Shown: positions 30,927 to 44,005, counted from the first letter of the stretch. The stretch: DNA of 64,000 nucleotides from an uncultured Gemmatimonadales bacterium (GCA_963701965.1 OY969695.1:2592001-2656000); one strand, 5' to 3'. Notes: generated from the sequence alone by a model not told the origin. Translations and numbers: made by a program.

Positions 30927-32888
30927 TTATTCGCGCGCGACGATCAGGCGCGTGACCGAATCGAGACCGCCCCGATAGAACGCCGGTCGCGCGTCCGGCG
31001 CCGCGCTCGACGGATGCACAAGCCAGATCTGTCGTCCCGCAAATGCAGCGATCAACGCCGTGTCGCGCGCGCCCAAGTCCCGCGCGTAGACGTTGCCGTC
31101 ATCCAGAATGGACAGTGGCGCGAGCGGGGTGACGCCACGCGCGGTTTCCACGGCCAACCCCGCGCAGTGCGCGGAGTACGGATACCCGACCTGGGCGCGC
31201 ACGCGGGCGCCGGTTCCCAGCTGAATGGCCCGCACCAGCGCCGAGTCGCGCTCCAACGCCCCAAGGTCCACGGCGCGGCGCGTCTCCAGCGCCGTCACCG
31301 CGCTGTCCAGCCGGCAGGCGTCGACCGTGCGCATCAGCCGCTCGACGGCGGGCGCCGATACGCCCGCGGCGCCGAGGCGCGCCGCGAGTTGGCCCTCCCA
31401 TCCTTCGCGAACGAAGACGAGCGCGTCATGCACGCCAGCGGCGCGCGCGACATCGGGCTGCGCCCAGCGCTCGGTCGCGAAGCTCGAGGACCATTGCGCC
31501 ACACGCGCGGGCGCGCCCACCACCAGGGCGACCCCGAGACTCGTGGCCAGGGCGAACGTCGCGGTCCTCTGGAGGAAAGCCGAGCGGGGGAAGACCCGGA
31601 CGCTTCGCGCCGTCCACAGCGCCGCCAGCGGCGTCAACGCGAAGAAGAATCGGGGCCCGAGGAAGAAGCCCGGGTGCCAGTACGCCGCGTACAGCGCGGC
31701 GAGGAGCGCGGCCGAGGCCAGGAGATAGCGGTCCGGCGCGCGGAGACTCCGCGCCGACGCCAACGCGATCATCGCCGGAGCGAGCGAGGGAATCGGCGTC
31801 TCGAACAGATACTGGTCGAGCTGCACGACATACGTGCTGATGAACCGGAGCCCCTCCGCCGGCGTATGCACGCCTCCCACCGGCGTCTCGTGAAATCCCA
31901 GATCGTGAGCCGCGCCCCACAGCACCTCGTACCCGAACAAGAGCGGCGCCCCGGTCGTCCGCGCGTTCACATAGAGCATGGCGCCGACCGGCAGCGCGAC
32001 GCCGATCGCGGCCGCGCCCGCGTTGCGCCAGTGCAGTCGCAGGTACCAGACGGCGGCCGGCAGCGCAAAGGCCAGCGCGTCCACAGGGCGGATCGTGGCC
32101 GCGACACCGAACGCCAGTCCGGCGCCGAACGCCAATCCCGGTCGCGGTCCATCGGCGCGGGCGACCTGGGCCGTCGCGGCGGCGCCCGCCAGGATCCAGG
32201 CCAGGGCGGGCACGCAGCTCATGTGCGTGCCCGACATCAACGCGACGAAGGGCGCGAACGCGAACACGGCGACGGCGGCGGTCGCGATCCGGGCATCCGG
32301 CTCGGCCGCCCGGGCAAAGGCCGCGAACGCCGCGACGGCGAGCGCGCCGAAGAACGGACCCGCGAGCCACGTCGCGCCCACGAGCACGAACGGCGTCAGC
32401 ATCGCCGGACCACCCGGCGGATACTGCGAGTAGACCCGACCCCGCGCATCGACCATCTGCAGGACCGAGAAGAATTCCGGGTGGCGCGGCGCGGGCAGCC
32501 AGAGGTGCCCCGACGCGAAAATCTGCGCCTGCCGCACCAAAGCGATCTCGTCGATCAGGATGGGCCGGCGCTCAAAGACCCACGCCGACACCGCGGCGTA
32601 GAGGACGAATGCCGCCAGCGCGAGCGCTCCGGCGACGCGCCAAGGCCCCGCGCGGACCATCGCGCCGCCAATGGCGCGCGCTGGCCGGGCCGGCCACAGC
32701 GCGGGGAAATGCCGGGAGCAGATGGCGAGCGTGACGCCCAGTCCCAGCACGATGGCCGAGCCGCTGATCCACTCGGTGCGCAGAACGCACAGGGCACCGC
32801 GGCAGCCGATCAGGGGAAACAACCCGAGCGCGGCGAGCAGTGCGGTCGCGATAGGACCCCAGACGTCGGCGTAGCGCTTCGTCGGCAT
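30927..32888 (-). CDS. Polytopic membrane protein, GT-C/PMT-like glycosyltransferase
   Basis: IDE acidic motif after first TMs, YSQYPPGG, TIRP, GPRFFF. Confidence 0.7.
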   Translation of the reverse strand: MPTKRYADVWGPIATALLAALGLFPLIGCRGALCVLRTEWISGSAIVLGLGVTLAICSRHFPALWPARPARAIGGAMVRAGPWRVAGALALAAFVLYAAVSAWVFERRPILIDEIALVRQAQIFASGHLWLPAPRHPEFFSVLQMVDARGRVYSQYPPGGPAMLTPFVLVGATWLAGPFFGALAVAAFAAFARAAEPDARIATAAVAVFAFAPFVALMSGTHMSCVPALAWILAGAAATAQVARADGPRPGLAFGAGLAFGVAATIRPVDALAFALPAAVWYLRLHWRNAGAAAIGVALPVGAMLYVNARTTGAPLLFGYEVLWGAAHDLGFHETPVGGVHTPAEGLRFISTYVVQLDQYLFETPIPSLAPAMIALASARSLRAPDRYLLASAALLAALYAAYWHPGFFLGPRFFFALTPLAALWTARSVRVFPRSAFLQRTATFALATSLGVALVVGAPARVAQWSSSFATERWAQPDVARAAGVHDALVFVREGWEGQLAARLGAAGVSAPAVERLMRTVDACRLDSAVTALETRRAVDLGALERDSALVRAIQLGTGARVRAQVGYPYSAHCAGLAVETARGVTPLAPLSILDDGNVYARDLGARDTALIAAFAGRQIWLVHPSSAAPDARPAFYRGGLDSVTRLIVARE

Positions 32889-32918
32889 CGTCTCCGAAAG
32901 GACGACCGACGACGGAAT

Positions 32919-34842
32919 TCAGCTACGCGCCCACGACCGTCGCTCGACCTCCAGGACCAGATTCTGGAGGTCACTGGGACTGAGGCCGGGAATGCGCGCG
33001 GCTTGCGCCAGGGTCCCGGGGCGGATCGCGGCCAGCTTTTGTCGCGCCTCGGTGGACAGCGATTTCATGCCCGCGTACGGCAGCTCCGCCGCGAGCGCGA
33101 ATTCCGCCATGCGCCGCAGCTTGTATGCCTGTTGGCGCTCGCGCTCGAAGTACCCCGCGTACTTGATCTCGAGATCCGCCGAGATCATGGCCCCGCGGTC
33201 CATGCCGCCACCGACGCCGCACGCCTGCAACAGATCGGCGAGCGTGAGATTCGGGCGACGGGCCAACTCGACGACCCGGACCGGCTCGTGCAGGGGGGCG
33301 CTGCCGACCTTCTCCAGTAGCGCCGCGACCATAGATGGGCGGGCGACAACATCCTCGGCCATCCGCATCGCATCTTCGGTGTCTTCCAGCCGGTGCCGGA
33401 CCATGCCGTCCTCGCGGCCTATATAGAATGTTGAGCTGTCGCCCAAAGGGACCGAGCCGGCCCAGCGCATTGTCCTGACGCACGGTAAGGCGGAACTCCG
33501 AGCGGGACGTGAAGAGCCGGTACGGCTCGTCGACCCCGCGCGTCACCAGATCGTCGATCAACACGGCAATGTACGATGTCTCGCGACCCAGCACGAATGG
33601 CGCTTGGCCCAGCGCCGCCAGACCCGCGTTGAGACCCGCCATGAGACCCTGCCCCGCGGCCTCCTCGTACCCCGTCGTGCCGTTGATCTGCCCGGCGAAG
33701 TACAGCCCGGGCATACTCTTCACGGCCAGCGTCGCGTCGAGCTGGGTGGGCGGATAGTAGTCGTATTCGATCGCGTAGCCCGGGCGCGTCATCCGCACGT
33801 TCTCGAGGCCCGGCACGCTGCGCAGCGCTTCCAGCTGCACGGAGGCCGGCAACGACGTCGACATGCCGTTCACGTACATCTCGGCGGTCTCGTGCCCCTC
33901 GGGCTCCAGGAAGAGCTGGTGCCGTTCGGCGTTCGGGAACCGGACGATCTTGTCCTCGACTGACGGACAGTAGCGGGGGCCGCGCGACGCGATGGCGCCG
34001 CCGTACATCGCCGACAGACCGATATTGTCGGCGATGATCTGCTTCGTCTCGGCGCCGGCGTAGGTGATCCAACACGGCATCTGAGCCGGGTGGCGCGTCT
34101 TTTCGCCGACCCGTCGGGGGCGTCTCCAGAACGCCGACCACGAGTAGTCGAATTGCTCGATCTCGCTCTCTTGCGGCTGGAGCTTCTTGAAATCGACCGT
34201 CCGCCCGTCGATGCGCGGCGGCGTCCCCGTCTTGAACCGGCCGACGGTGAGGCCCGCGGCCTCGAGCTGTTCGGCCAGGTGCGTGGCCGGCGCTTCCCCC
34301 GCCCGGCCGCCGGCGACCCGGGTCTCCGTGCCAATGTGCATGCGTCCGCGCAGGAACGTGCCGGACGTCACGACGACCGCGCGGGCACCGAACCGGCGGC
34401 CCTCGATCGTCTCGACCCCGGCGACGCGGTCGCCGTCGAACAGAATGCGGGCGACGGTGCCCTGGATCGTCGACAGGTCCTTGTGCTGCTCGAGGAGCGT
34501 GCGGACGGCGCGCCGATACAGGCCCCGGTCGCATTGCGCGCGCGGGGACCAGACCGCCGGACCCTTGCCGCGGTTCAGCATGCGAAACTGCACCGTGGCC
34601 ATGTCGGTGGCGCGGGCCATGATCCCACCCAGGGCGTCGACCTCGCGCACCACCGTGCCTTTGGCCACCCCGCCAATAGCCGGATTACAGGACATGTGGC
34701 CGATCGTCTCGATCGCGCTCGTCACCAGGGCCACGCGGGCGCCGGCGCGGCTGGCGGCGACGGCCGCCTCGGTGCCGGCGTGGCCGGCGCCGATCACGAC
34801 GACGTCGAAGTCGGCCTCGGTCCAGGTGGGCGGGGTGGACAT
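32919..34842 (-). CDS. mnmG: tRNA uridine-5-carboxymethylaminomethyl enzyme MnmG (apparent frameshift near 33428)
   Basis: GAGHAGTEAA, MSCNPAIGG, GPRYCPSVEDK, GQINGTTGYEEAA; C-terminus IKYAGY...LSTEARQKL...RIPG in another frame. Confidence 0.95.
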
Positions 34843-34853
34843 ATATTGAAAGA

Positions 34854-35135
34854 ATGCCGCTCTCGGTGCCCGCGGGAAACCCAACTGTCTTCATCCGCCG
34901 GGAGGCGTTCGAGCGTGTCGGGCTCACGCGCGCGGCGCTCGACGCCCACCTCAATCTTACCGCGGACGAGTTTCGCGTGGAGGGCCAGCTCATCGCCATC
35001 GGACCCCTCGTCGGCGAAGAGGCGCCCGTGGCGCTCATCGAAGAGCTGGAGAACGTCGGGCTCGTGTATTTCGACGACTTCTTCGAGCTGACCGGCAATT
35101 GGCCGGAGTGGCTCCGCGTGGTCGCTGTCGGCTAA
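34854..35135 (+). CDS. Small hypothetical protein
   Basis: Protein-like composition (GLVYFDDFFELTGNWPEWL); TATATT 6 nt upstream. Confidence 0.75.
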   Translation: MPLSVPAGNPTVFIRREAFERVGLTRAALDAHLNLTADEFRVEGQLIAIGPLVGEEAPVALIEELENVGLVYFDDFFELTGNWPEWLRVVAVG

Positions 35136-35141
35136 ATCTGC

Positions 35142-35735
35142 CTACAGCGCGATAAGTCCACGGCGTAAGCCGAGCGCGACCGCCTCGGCCCGGGTGCCGA
35201 CCGAGAGCTTGTCGAAGATCGCGGCGAGATGCGCCTTGACCGTGTGATCGGAGATCGCGAGTCGCGCGGCGATCACCTTGTTGCCGAGACCATCGGCCAA
35301 CAGCGTCAGGACCTCGCGCTCGCGCGGCGTGAGTGGCTCGATCGCCGGCGTGCGGCCCCTGTCGGTGGCGCCGAGGATACCGTCGAGCGCCGGATCGAGC
35401 ACGATGAGTCCCGCGGCGATCGCGGCGATCGCCGCCGGTAGATCGTCGATCGCGTGCCGCCGGAGCACGGCGCGGGCGCCGGCGCGCAGCGCCGCGACAG
35501 CTTGGGCCGCTTCGTCCACGAACACCACGGACGGCACGTCCGGCACCGCCATCGGCGTCGCGACGTCGAGAACCACGACGTCGGCGCCCGCCGCGGTGAT
35601 TTCCCCAGTGAGCGCCGCACGCGACCGCGCACGCGAACGCCCGACGACCGTGATCGTCGGGTGTCGCGCCAGTATCGCGTCGACCTCGGCCAGCGCCGGC
35701 CCTGAGTCCGCGACGAGAAAAACGCGCGTGGGCAG
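35142..35735 (-). CDS. NarL/LuxR-type response regulator (start uncertain, possibly CTG)
   Basis: LTPREREVLTLLADGLGNKVIAARLAISDHTVKAH; open frame extends to 35735. Confidence 0.85.
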   Translation of the reverse strand: MPTRVFLVADSGPALAEVDAILARHPTITVVGRSRARSRAALTGEITAAGADVVVLDVATPMAVPDVPSVVFVDEAAQAVAALRAGARAVLRRHAIDDLPAAIAAIAAGLIVLDPALDGILGATDRGRTPAIEPLTPREREVLTLLADGLGNKVIAARLAISDHTVKAHLAAIFDKLSVGTRAEAVALGLRRGLIAL

Positions 35736-36632
35736 TTACCGCGGGCGCTCGCCGACCGTGAGCGTGAGCTCCCGGGGCGCACCGGCCCGCACGACTTGCA
35801 CGGCGACCGGCTTACCAATGCGATCCGCGGTCAGCACGTCCATCAGATCGCCCGCATCGTGCACCGCCGAGCCCCCGGCGCTCAAGAGCACATCGCCGAT
35901 CATGAGGCCACCGCGATCCGCCGGACTTCCTGGTTCGACCGACACGACGATCGGCGCCAGATTCCCTTCGCGGCCGATCGTGGCGACGAGCGCCTCGGGC
36001 AGGCGGATGCCCGCCTGGAGCCCGAGACCGAGATATGCCCGCGGAATGCGCCCGGTGGCCAGCAGCTGCGTGACCACCCGATCGACCGTCGAGCCCGGGA
36101 TCGCGATCGCGCCCCCGCGCGTGAGCTCCGAAGTGTTGATGCCGGCGATCGCCCCCGCGGCGGTCACCAGCGCGCCACCCGAGAATCCGTCCGCGACGCG
36201 TAGGTCCAGCCGGATCAGGCGGTCGATGGTCCCCCCGCGCCACGTGCGCCACTCCGGGCCGATCGCGCTCACGATACCGAACGTCGCGGTGACGTCGGCC
36301 CCGGGGCGTCCGACCGCCAGCACCGGCGTGCCGACTGTCAGGGTGCCGCTATCGGCGACATCCGCGGCCGGCAACCCACTGCCGGTCAGGTTGAGGACCG
36401 CGAGATCCGTCGTCGGATCCCGCCCTACGATCGTAGCCGTATGGCGTCCGCCGTCGGCCGTCGTGACCACGATGTCCTCGTCGCGCTGAATCGTGTGGTT
36501 GGCGCCCACCACAATGCCGGCGCGCCACAGGACGCCGCTGGCCGGGATGCGCCGGCGCGCATGGATCGCCACCACGGCGCGCCCGGCGCGCGCGACCGCG
36601 CCGGCGAGATCAGTTGATTGAATGTCAGTCAT
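35736..36632 (-). CDS. S1C (HtrA-like) serine protease with PDZ domain
   Basis: ANH, DLAVL, GFSGGAL triad; PDZ VEPGSPADRGG. Confidence 0.9.
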   Translation of the reverse strand: MTDIQSTDLAGAVARAGRAVVAIHARRRIPASGVLWRAGIVVGANHTIQRDEDIVVTTADGGRHTATIVGRDPTTDLAVLNLTGSGLPAADVADSGTLTVGTPVLAVGRPGADVTATFGIVSAIGPEWRTWRGGTIDRLIRLDLRVADGFSGGALVTAAGAIAGINTSELTRGGAIAIPGSTVDRVVTQLLATGRIPRAYLGLGLQAGIRLPEALVATIGREGNLAPIVVSVEPGSPADRGGLMIGDVLLSAGGSAVHDAGDLMDVLTADRIGKPVAVQVVRAGAPRELTLTVGERPR

Positions 36633-36697
36633 GCATTGAAGATGCCCGGGCGCCGCGCCGCGCCGGCATCGGCCGATCGGGGGGGATCGGGGGGGCC

Positions 36698-36766
36698 GGA
36701 CCCCGGCGCAGCCGGGATCGGTCCAACCGACCCGGGATCTCGCGACGCGGAGCGTCGCCGGATCCC
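36698..36766. repeat. Single intergenic copy of the 63-bp palindromic element
   Basis: CCCGGCGCAGCCGGG...GTCCAACCGACCCGGGATCTCGCGACGCGGAGCGTCGC matches the 15.1-15.5 kb array unit. Confidence 0.92.
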
Positions 36767-37039
36767 TTAGTGCTTCGTCAGCTCCGCGGACTTCGCTTCC
36801 GTCGGCGTCAACGGGCCGTGACGGAGCACACCCTCCCATCCACACGCAAAGCACCAACTCGTGCGGAGAAACGGGAAGAGGCGATTCCAGGTCGTCCGCT
36901 CGACGCGCAACGTCACCGCGTCGCAATTGGGACAGCGGTCCCCACGGGGCAGGATGAAGAAGAAGATCACGGTCGCGGCGGTCACCCGGAGCACAAAGAG
37001 GCCGCCAAACAGCAGGAAAAAAATCGCCGCGTCGCTCAT
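36767..37039 (-). CDS. Small membrane protein with CxxC...CxxC zinc ribbon
   Basis: TM N-terminus, CPNC and CFAC; GGAG RBS. Confidence 0.7.
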   Translation of the reverse strand: MSDAAIFFLLFGGLFVLRVTAATVIFFFILPRGDRCPNCDAVTLRVERTTWNRLFPFLRTSWCFACGWEGVLRHGPLTPTEAKSAELTKH

Positions 37040-37064
37040 TCTGGCCCTCCCCCCGAGCGTGCCG

Positions 37065-37589
37065 CTACAAGCGCGCTTCCACCTGCAGCCACGGTTCGAC
37101 ATACGCGATCCCGTTCTCTACCCGCTCGATCGCGACTTCCGTGCCCACCTGGAGCACCGCACCGTCCAGGCCCCGCGCGTCCGACGTCTCTTCCCGGCCG
37201 CCGTTCTCGAACGCGATCACGCCCTCCGTGCCGTCCCCGGTCACCCGCAGCACGCGCGCGATACAACCCTGCAGGATGTAGCGCTCATCGACGACCTCGG
37301 CCTTGGCCGCCGGAATCGCCCACCCCGCGACGAGCGTGAGCGCGAGCGCGACGCCAGCCAAGCCGACGGCGCCCGCGATGGAGAGCACGGCCACGGGACT
37401 CAACGCCGTGTACCGCGTGAGCGGATACCCCGTGGCGCCGAAGACCGTGGCAAACGCGGCGACCGTCGGAATGTCGAGGGCAAACCGCCGCCGACCCGGG
37501 CGCCGGGCCGGCCGCTCGACACCGTGCAGCATCGCAAACACGGCGAGGACGAGGCCGATCAAGAAGGCGCAGACGAACGTGAGCCGCAT
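37065..37589 (-). CDS. NfeD-like membrane protein
   Basis: Three TMs plus OB-like C-terminus GTEVAIERVENGIAYVEPW. Confidence 0.75.
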   Translation of the reverse strand: MRLTFVCAFLIGLVLAVFAMLHGVERPARRPGRRRFALDIPTVAAFATVFGATGYPLTRYTALSPVAVLSIAGAVGLAGVALALTLVAGWAIPAAKAEVVDERYILQGCIARVLRVTGDGTEGVIAFENGGREETSDARGLDGAVLQVGTEVAIERVENGIAYVEPWLQVEARL

Positions 37590-37629
37590 GGAGGCGAAGA
37601 ATATCGTACAAACGCACAAGAAGAAGTTG

Positions 37630-37672
37630 CGATATATCTTTGCTTGTATTACGATATTACGTACGTAATATC
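37630..37672. promoter_or_regulatory. Palindromes upstream of padR, putative operator
   Basis: GATATATC (37631-38) and perfect 20-bp GATATTACGTACGTAATATC (37653-72). Confidence 0.55.
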
Positions 37673-37692
37673 TTTACCGAGGAGGTCGGTAT

Positions 37693-38274
37693 ATGTTCGG
37701 GGAGCACAGGAGAGGCGCACGCGGCGCGTGGGGGTTCGGGGATTCCGGGTTCTGGGGACCGGGCTTCGCCACAGGTCGCGGCGGACGGTGGCGCGGCGGG
37801 CGCATGTTCGAGCAGGGGGATCTCAAATACGTGATCCTCAAGTTGCTCAGCGAGAAACCGCGGCACGGCTACGAGATCATCAAGGCCATGGAGGAGAAAA
37901 TGGGCGGCGCGTATTCACCGAGCCCCGGCGCGGTGTATCCCACCCTCCAATTCCTCGAGGACGCGGGGTACGCGCGGACGACCGTCGACGAAGGCGGCCG
38001 CAAGATCTACGAGATCACCGCGGAAGGGAAAACGTATCTGGAGCAGAACAAGTCGAGCGTCGACGAAGTCTTCGATCGCATCGCGCAGTTCGCGGGCAGT
38101 TTCTTCGGGGGCCCCATGGTCGAAGTGCACCATGCCTTCAAGAACATCGCGCGGGCGACCTACAGCACGGCGACCAAGACGCACGACCCCGAGTTGCTCA
38201 GGAAAATCCGGGAGATCTTGAACCGCGCGACCGCTGAGATCGAGGCGGTGGGCAAGCCGACCACGAACGTCTGA
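37693..38274 (+). CDS. PadR family transcriptional regulator
   Basis: PRHGYEIIK, YSPSPGAVYPTLQ, RKIYEIT; GGAGG RBS. Confidence 0.94.
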   Translation: MFGEHRRGARGAWGFGDSGFWGPGFATGRGGRWRGGRMFEQGDLKYVILKLLSEKPRHGYEIIKAMEEKMGGAYSPSPGAVYPTLQFLEDAGYARTTVDEGGRKIYEITAEGKTYLEQNKSSVDEVFDRIAQFAGSFFGGPMVEVHHAFKNIARATYSTATKTHDPELLRKIREILNRATAEIEAVGKPTTNV

Positions 38275-38277
38275 CCG

Positions 38278-39239
38278 TCAGCAACCCGTGTAGGCGCTGT
38301 TCCACCGCACGCGCCAATGCCCCGGGCCGGCACGCTCGATGAGCGTGTACGCGCCGCCGTCGCCGTAGTCGCGACCCACGACCAGCGACGGCGCGCGGCC
38401 CGGACCGAGGCGCACGGCGGCGAGCGCATCGCTGGACTCGACGTCATCCTCCGAGCCCGACGCGCGCTCCGAGTAGGCCGCGACGTACGACACCGGACCC
38501 GCGGCCGGCGGATGCGCGCTGTCGCGCTCGGCGATCAGCAAAATGTGCTCTTCGCGCGGGCTCGCCTCCTCGTTCAGGTGGCGCACGAGCACCGCGACCA
38601 AGGCGTCGATCCCCGGCGCGACCGGGAAGCGATTGGCGTGTTGGATTTCGTAGGGCACCCCGCGGAATGACACCGCCGTGTCGTTGGGCAGCGCCGCGGC
38701 CAGGCGCGTGATCTCCGCCGCGCGGCGGGCCGAGTCGGCCGGCGAGAGCATGGGCACGGAGTCCATGGCGATCGCGGTGGCGTGCCCCGCCACGAAACCG
38801 ACGGTCCATGGGCCGGGCACGCCGCCCGCCGTGCGATCCAGGGCGCGCACGCGTCCCGACGGCCACGCCGTGCAGTCACCCCCGAGCACGCCGGCCGACG
38901 TGGGCACGATGCTCGCCGCCCCGACGGCGCCGCCGCGGGCAAAGAGATCGGCGCGCGCCTGCGAGACGACGCCCGTGTCGAGCGCCGACACGGTGCCGAG
39001 CGTGCTGTCGGTGTAGTGCGGGAACACGAGCGCGGCGTCGGTCTCGTTGCTGCCGGCGACGAAGAGCACCGGACCCATGTCCGCGTCCGCCCAGCCCGCC
39101 AGCGCATCGCTCGACGGCGGCGCCGCGGTCGATGTGGCGCCGTTCCCCGACGGCGCCGCGGAGCGCGCCCGCTCGCACGAGGCCAGCGTCAACGCCAGTG
39201 CCAGCGCGCCGGCAGCGACTGTCGCGATCCGCGATCCGC

Positions 39240-39243
<4 letters not shown>
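38278..39243 (-). CDS. Hypothetical lipoprotein
   Basis: Lipobox LASC; ATGA overlap with polA. Confidence 0.75.
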
Positions 39244-42098
<2,855 letters not shown>

Positions 42099-42103
42099 GC
42101 GAG

Positions 42104-42128
42104 CTGAAAGTTACACTGAAAGTTACAC
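42104..42128. repeat. 12-bp direct repeat (CTGAAAGTTACA) x2 immediately upstream of polA
   Basis: Read directly. Confidence 0.8.
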
Positions 42129-42755
42129 GTGTCCCGTGAGACGTGACGCGAGGATGAGGACGGCGGCCGTCGCGGCGACGACGCGGACGTTGTCGTCGAT
42201 CGCCGAACGCGGCCACTCGGCGGCAGTGCCGGCGGCGGCGACCGCCAGTGCCAGCGGCGCCGAGAGGGCCGCCAGACCGTATGCGCCGGCGAATGTCGCC
42301 ACGAAGCACGCCGCGCTGCCCTCGAACGACTTGCCCGAGAGAGACGGCCCTCGCGCCAAAGGCCCGCTTGCCGGCCGGGGCAAAAGCCGGCCGCCGAGGA
42401 CGATCCCGATGAGCGCAGCGCTGGCGTCGCCGACCGACGCGGCCCACGTCACCGCGATCGCGTCCTGCACCGGTAGCAGCCAGACCGCCGCGCCCAGCGC
42501 CGCGAGGAGCCACGTCGCGCCGGTCCAGTGATCGCGGCGCTCGGACTCGCGGAGGAGCGGCCCGACGCTCCGCGTGAACAGCGTGTCCACGACGGCGGCG
42601 CGCCGGCGGGCGATTTCGAGAGCGATCGCCAGCACCAACATCGCCGCCAACGCCTGGGCGGCGCGCGCGGCCGGAAAACCCGACGCGAGCGCGATGGGAA
42701 CGGCGGCGAACGCGAGATGCAACAACTTACGCGCCAGCTCGCGCGACAACGCCAT
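42123..42755 (-). CDS. SEC59/DGK1/phytol kinase-like membrane protein
   Basis: RELARKLLH, GDASAALIG, GKSFEGS, IDDN. Confidence 0.85.
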   Translation of the reverse strand: MALSRELARKLLHLAFAAVPIALASGFPAARAAQALAAMLVLAIALEIARRRAAVVDTLFTRSVGPLLRESERRDHWTGATWLLAALGAAVWLLPVQDAIAVTWAASVGDASAALIGIVLGGRLLPRPASGPLARGPSLSGKSFEGSAACFVATFAGAYGLAALSAPLALAVAAAGTAAEWPRSAIDDNVRVVAATAAVLILASRLTGHV

Positions 42756-42760
42756 CCGGC

Positions 42761-44005
42761 TCACCGGTGCGTTCTCGCGCGCGCCAGGATCGCCGGCAGC
42801 TCGGCGCGGCACCGCGCCGTCAGCCGCCACGCGCCGGTCGCCGGGTCGGCGACGAACACCAGCCGCGAGAAATACCGTGTGTAAGCCCAGATCTCGGCCA
42901 TCCGGTCCTCGACATACACTTGGTCGGGCTCCCCGAGCCTGAGATATACGCCGCCGCGATCGGTCTCCCAGCCGGGCACCGGTTCGCCCCGATACCGCTC
43001 GTTGGCTTCGTGCACCCGGTCGACGTAGTCAATCAGAAGATCTCCGCGCCCCGCTAAAAGCGCCGCCCACACCGCCGGCCGGCGCGCCGGCGCCGCGGCA
43101 CGCAGCGAATCCAACTGGTCCGGCGCCGCGAAATATCGAAGCATCGCGACCAATTGGTCGAACGACACCGCCGGGACCCGGCTCCCAAATCCCACGAAAA
43201 CAGGGACGGCGGCGCTGTCCGTGCCCGTCGAAATCATCACCGACGCCTCGCCCAGACCGAGCCGCGCCACCGGCACCAGGACCACGCCGCTTGCGAGATC
43301 CCTGCCACGCTTCGCGTTGCGAGACAGCGAGACCGTGTCGCTCCAGACCTCCGCCTGCGCGACGCGCGCCGTGACCCGCACGGGACCCTCGAGGCCATAT
43401 GCTTCGAGATACAACGCGATGGCGCTGTCGCGCCCGACGATGGCCGTCGCGCGCGGGCGGGCAATGACGCGGAGCGGCGACGCCCGGTACGCCCGTGGCG
43501 TCGCCTCGTACACCGGGATCGGGCTCGCGAGTCCCCGCGCCGCGAAGCGCGGCACGGCCAGCGGCCACGATCGCGTCCCGAACGCGACCGTGTAAGACCC
43601 CGGCGCCAACGCGGTCGTCACGCCGAAGACGATCGACTCCGTGAGACCGCCGGCGGGCGTCTGCGTCGAGCGGGTCATGGCCGAAGCGTTGATCCGCCGG
43701 ACGATCGTATCGCCGCGCGTGATGTCGATGGTGATCGCGTCCCGCGGCGGGTACGCGTACGACAACGCGACCAGCGCCAGGGTCGAATCCAATGTCGTGC
43801 CGGCGACGAACGCTACTTGCGCGACCACCGGGCTGGGCGCGTCCCACACGATGAGCCCGTGGCGCTCGTACTCAGCCATGGCGGCCGCCATCTGCTCGGC
43901 GGCCGCGTTCGGCACCGCACGGGGCCGGGCCACGGGTGTCGGCGGGGTGCGCGCGCACGCCGCGATACCGGCCGCGGCGGCGCCCGCGCGCCACGCGCGT
44001 GTCAT
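42761..44005 (-). CDS. GWxTD domain-containing lipoprotein
   Basis: RVHEANERY...GWETDRGGVYLRLGEPD; lipobox IAAC. Confidence 0.85.
   Translation of the reverse strand: MTRAWRAGAAAAGIAACARTPPTPVARPRAVPNAAAEQMAAAMAEYERHGLIVWDAPSPVVAQVAFVAGTTLDSTLALVALSYAYPPRDAITIDITRGDTIVRRINASAMTRSTQTPAGGLTESIVFGVTTALAPGSYTVAFGTRSWPLAVPRFAARGLASPIPVYEATPRAYRASPLRVIARPRATAIVGRDSAIALYLEAYGLEGPVRVTARVAQAEVWSDTVSLSRNAKRGRDLASGVVLVPVARLGLGEASVMISTGTDSAAVPVFVGFGSRVPAVSFDQLVAMLRYFAAPDQLDSLRAAAPARRPAVWAALLAGRGDLLIDYVDRVHEANERYRGEPVPGWETDRGGVYLRLGEPDQVYVEDRMAEIWAYTRYFSRLVFVADPATGAWRLTARCRAELPAILARARTHR

Noticed and set aside
42340..42380. Possible short repeat insertion (RPASGPLARGPS) in the kinase-like gene
   Set aside because: No second copy in the window; cannot be shown to be an insertion without an alignment
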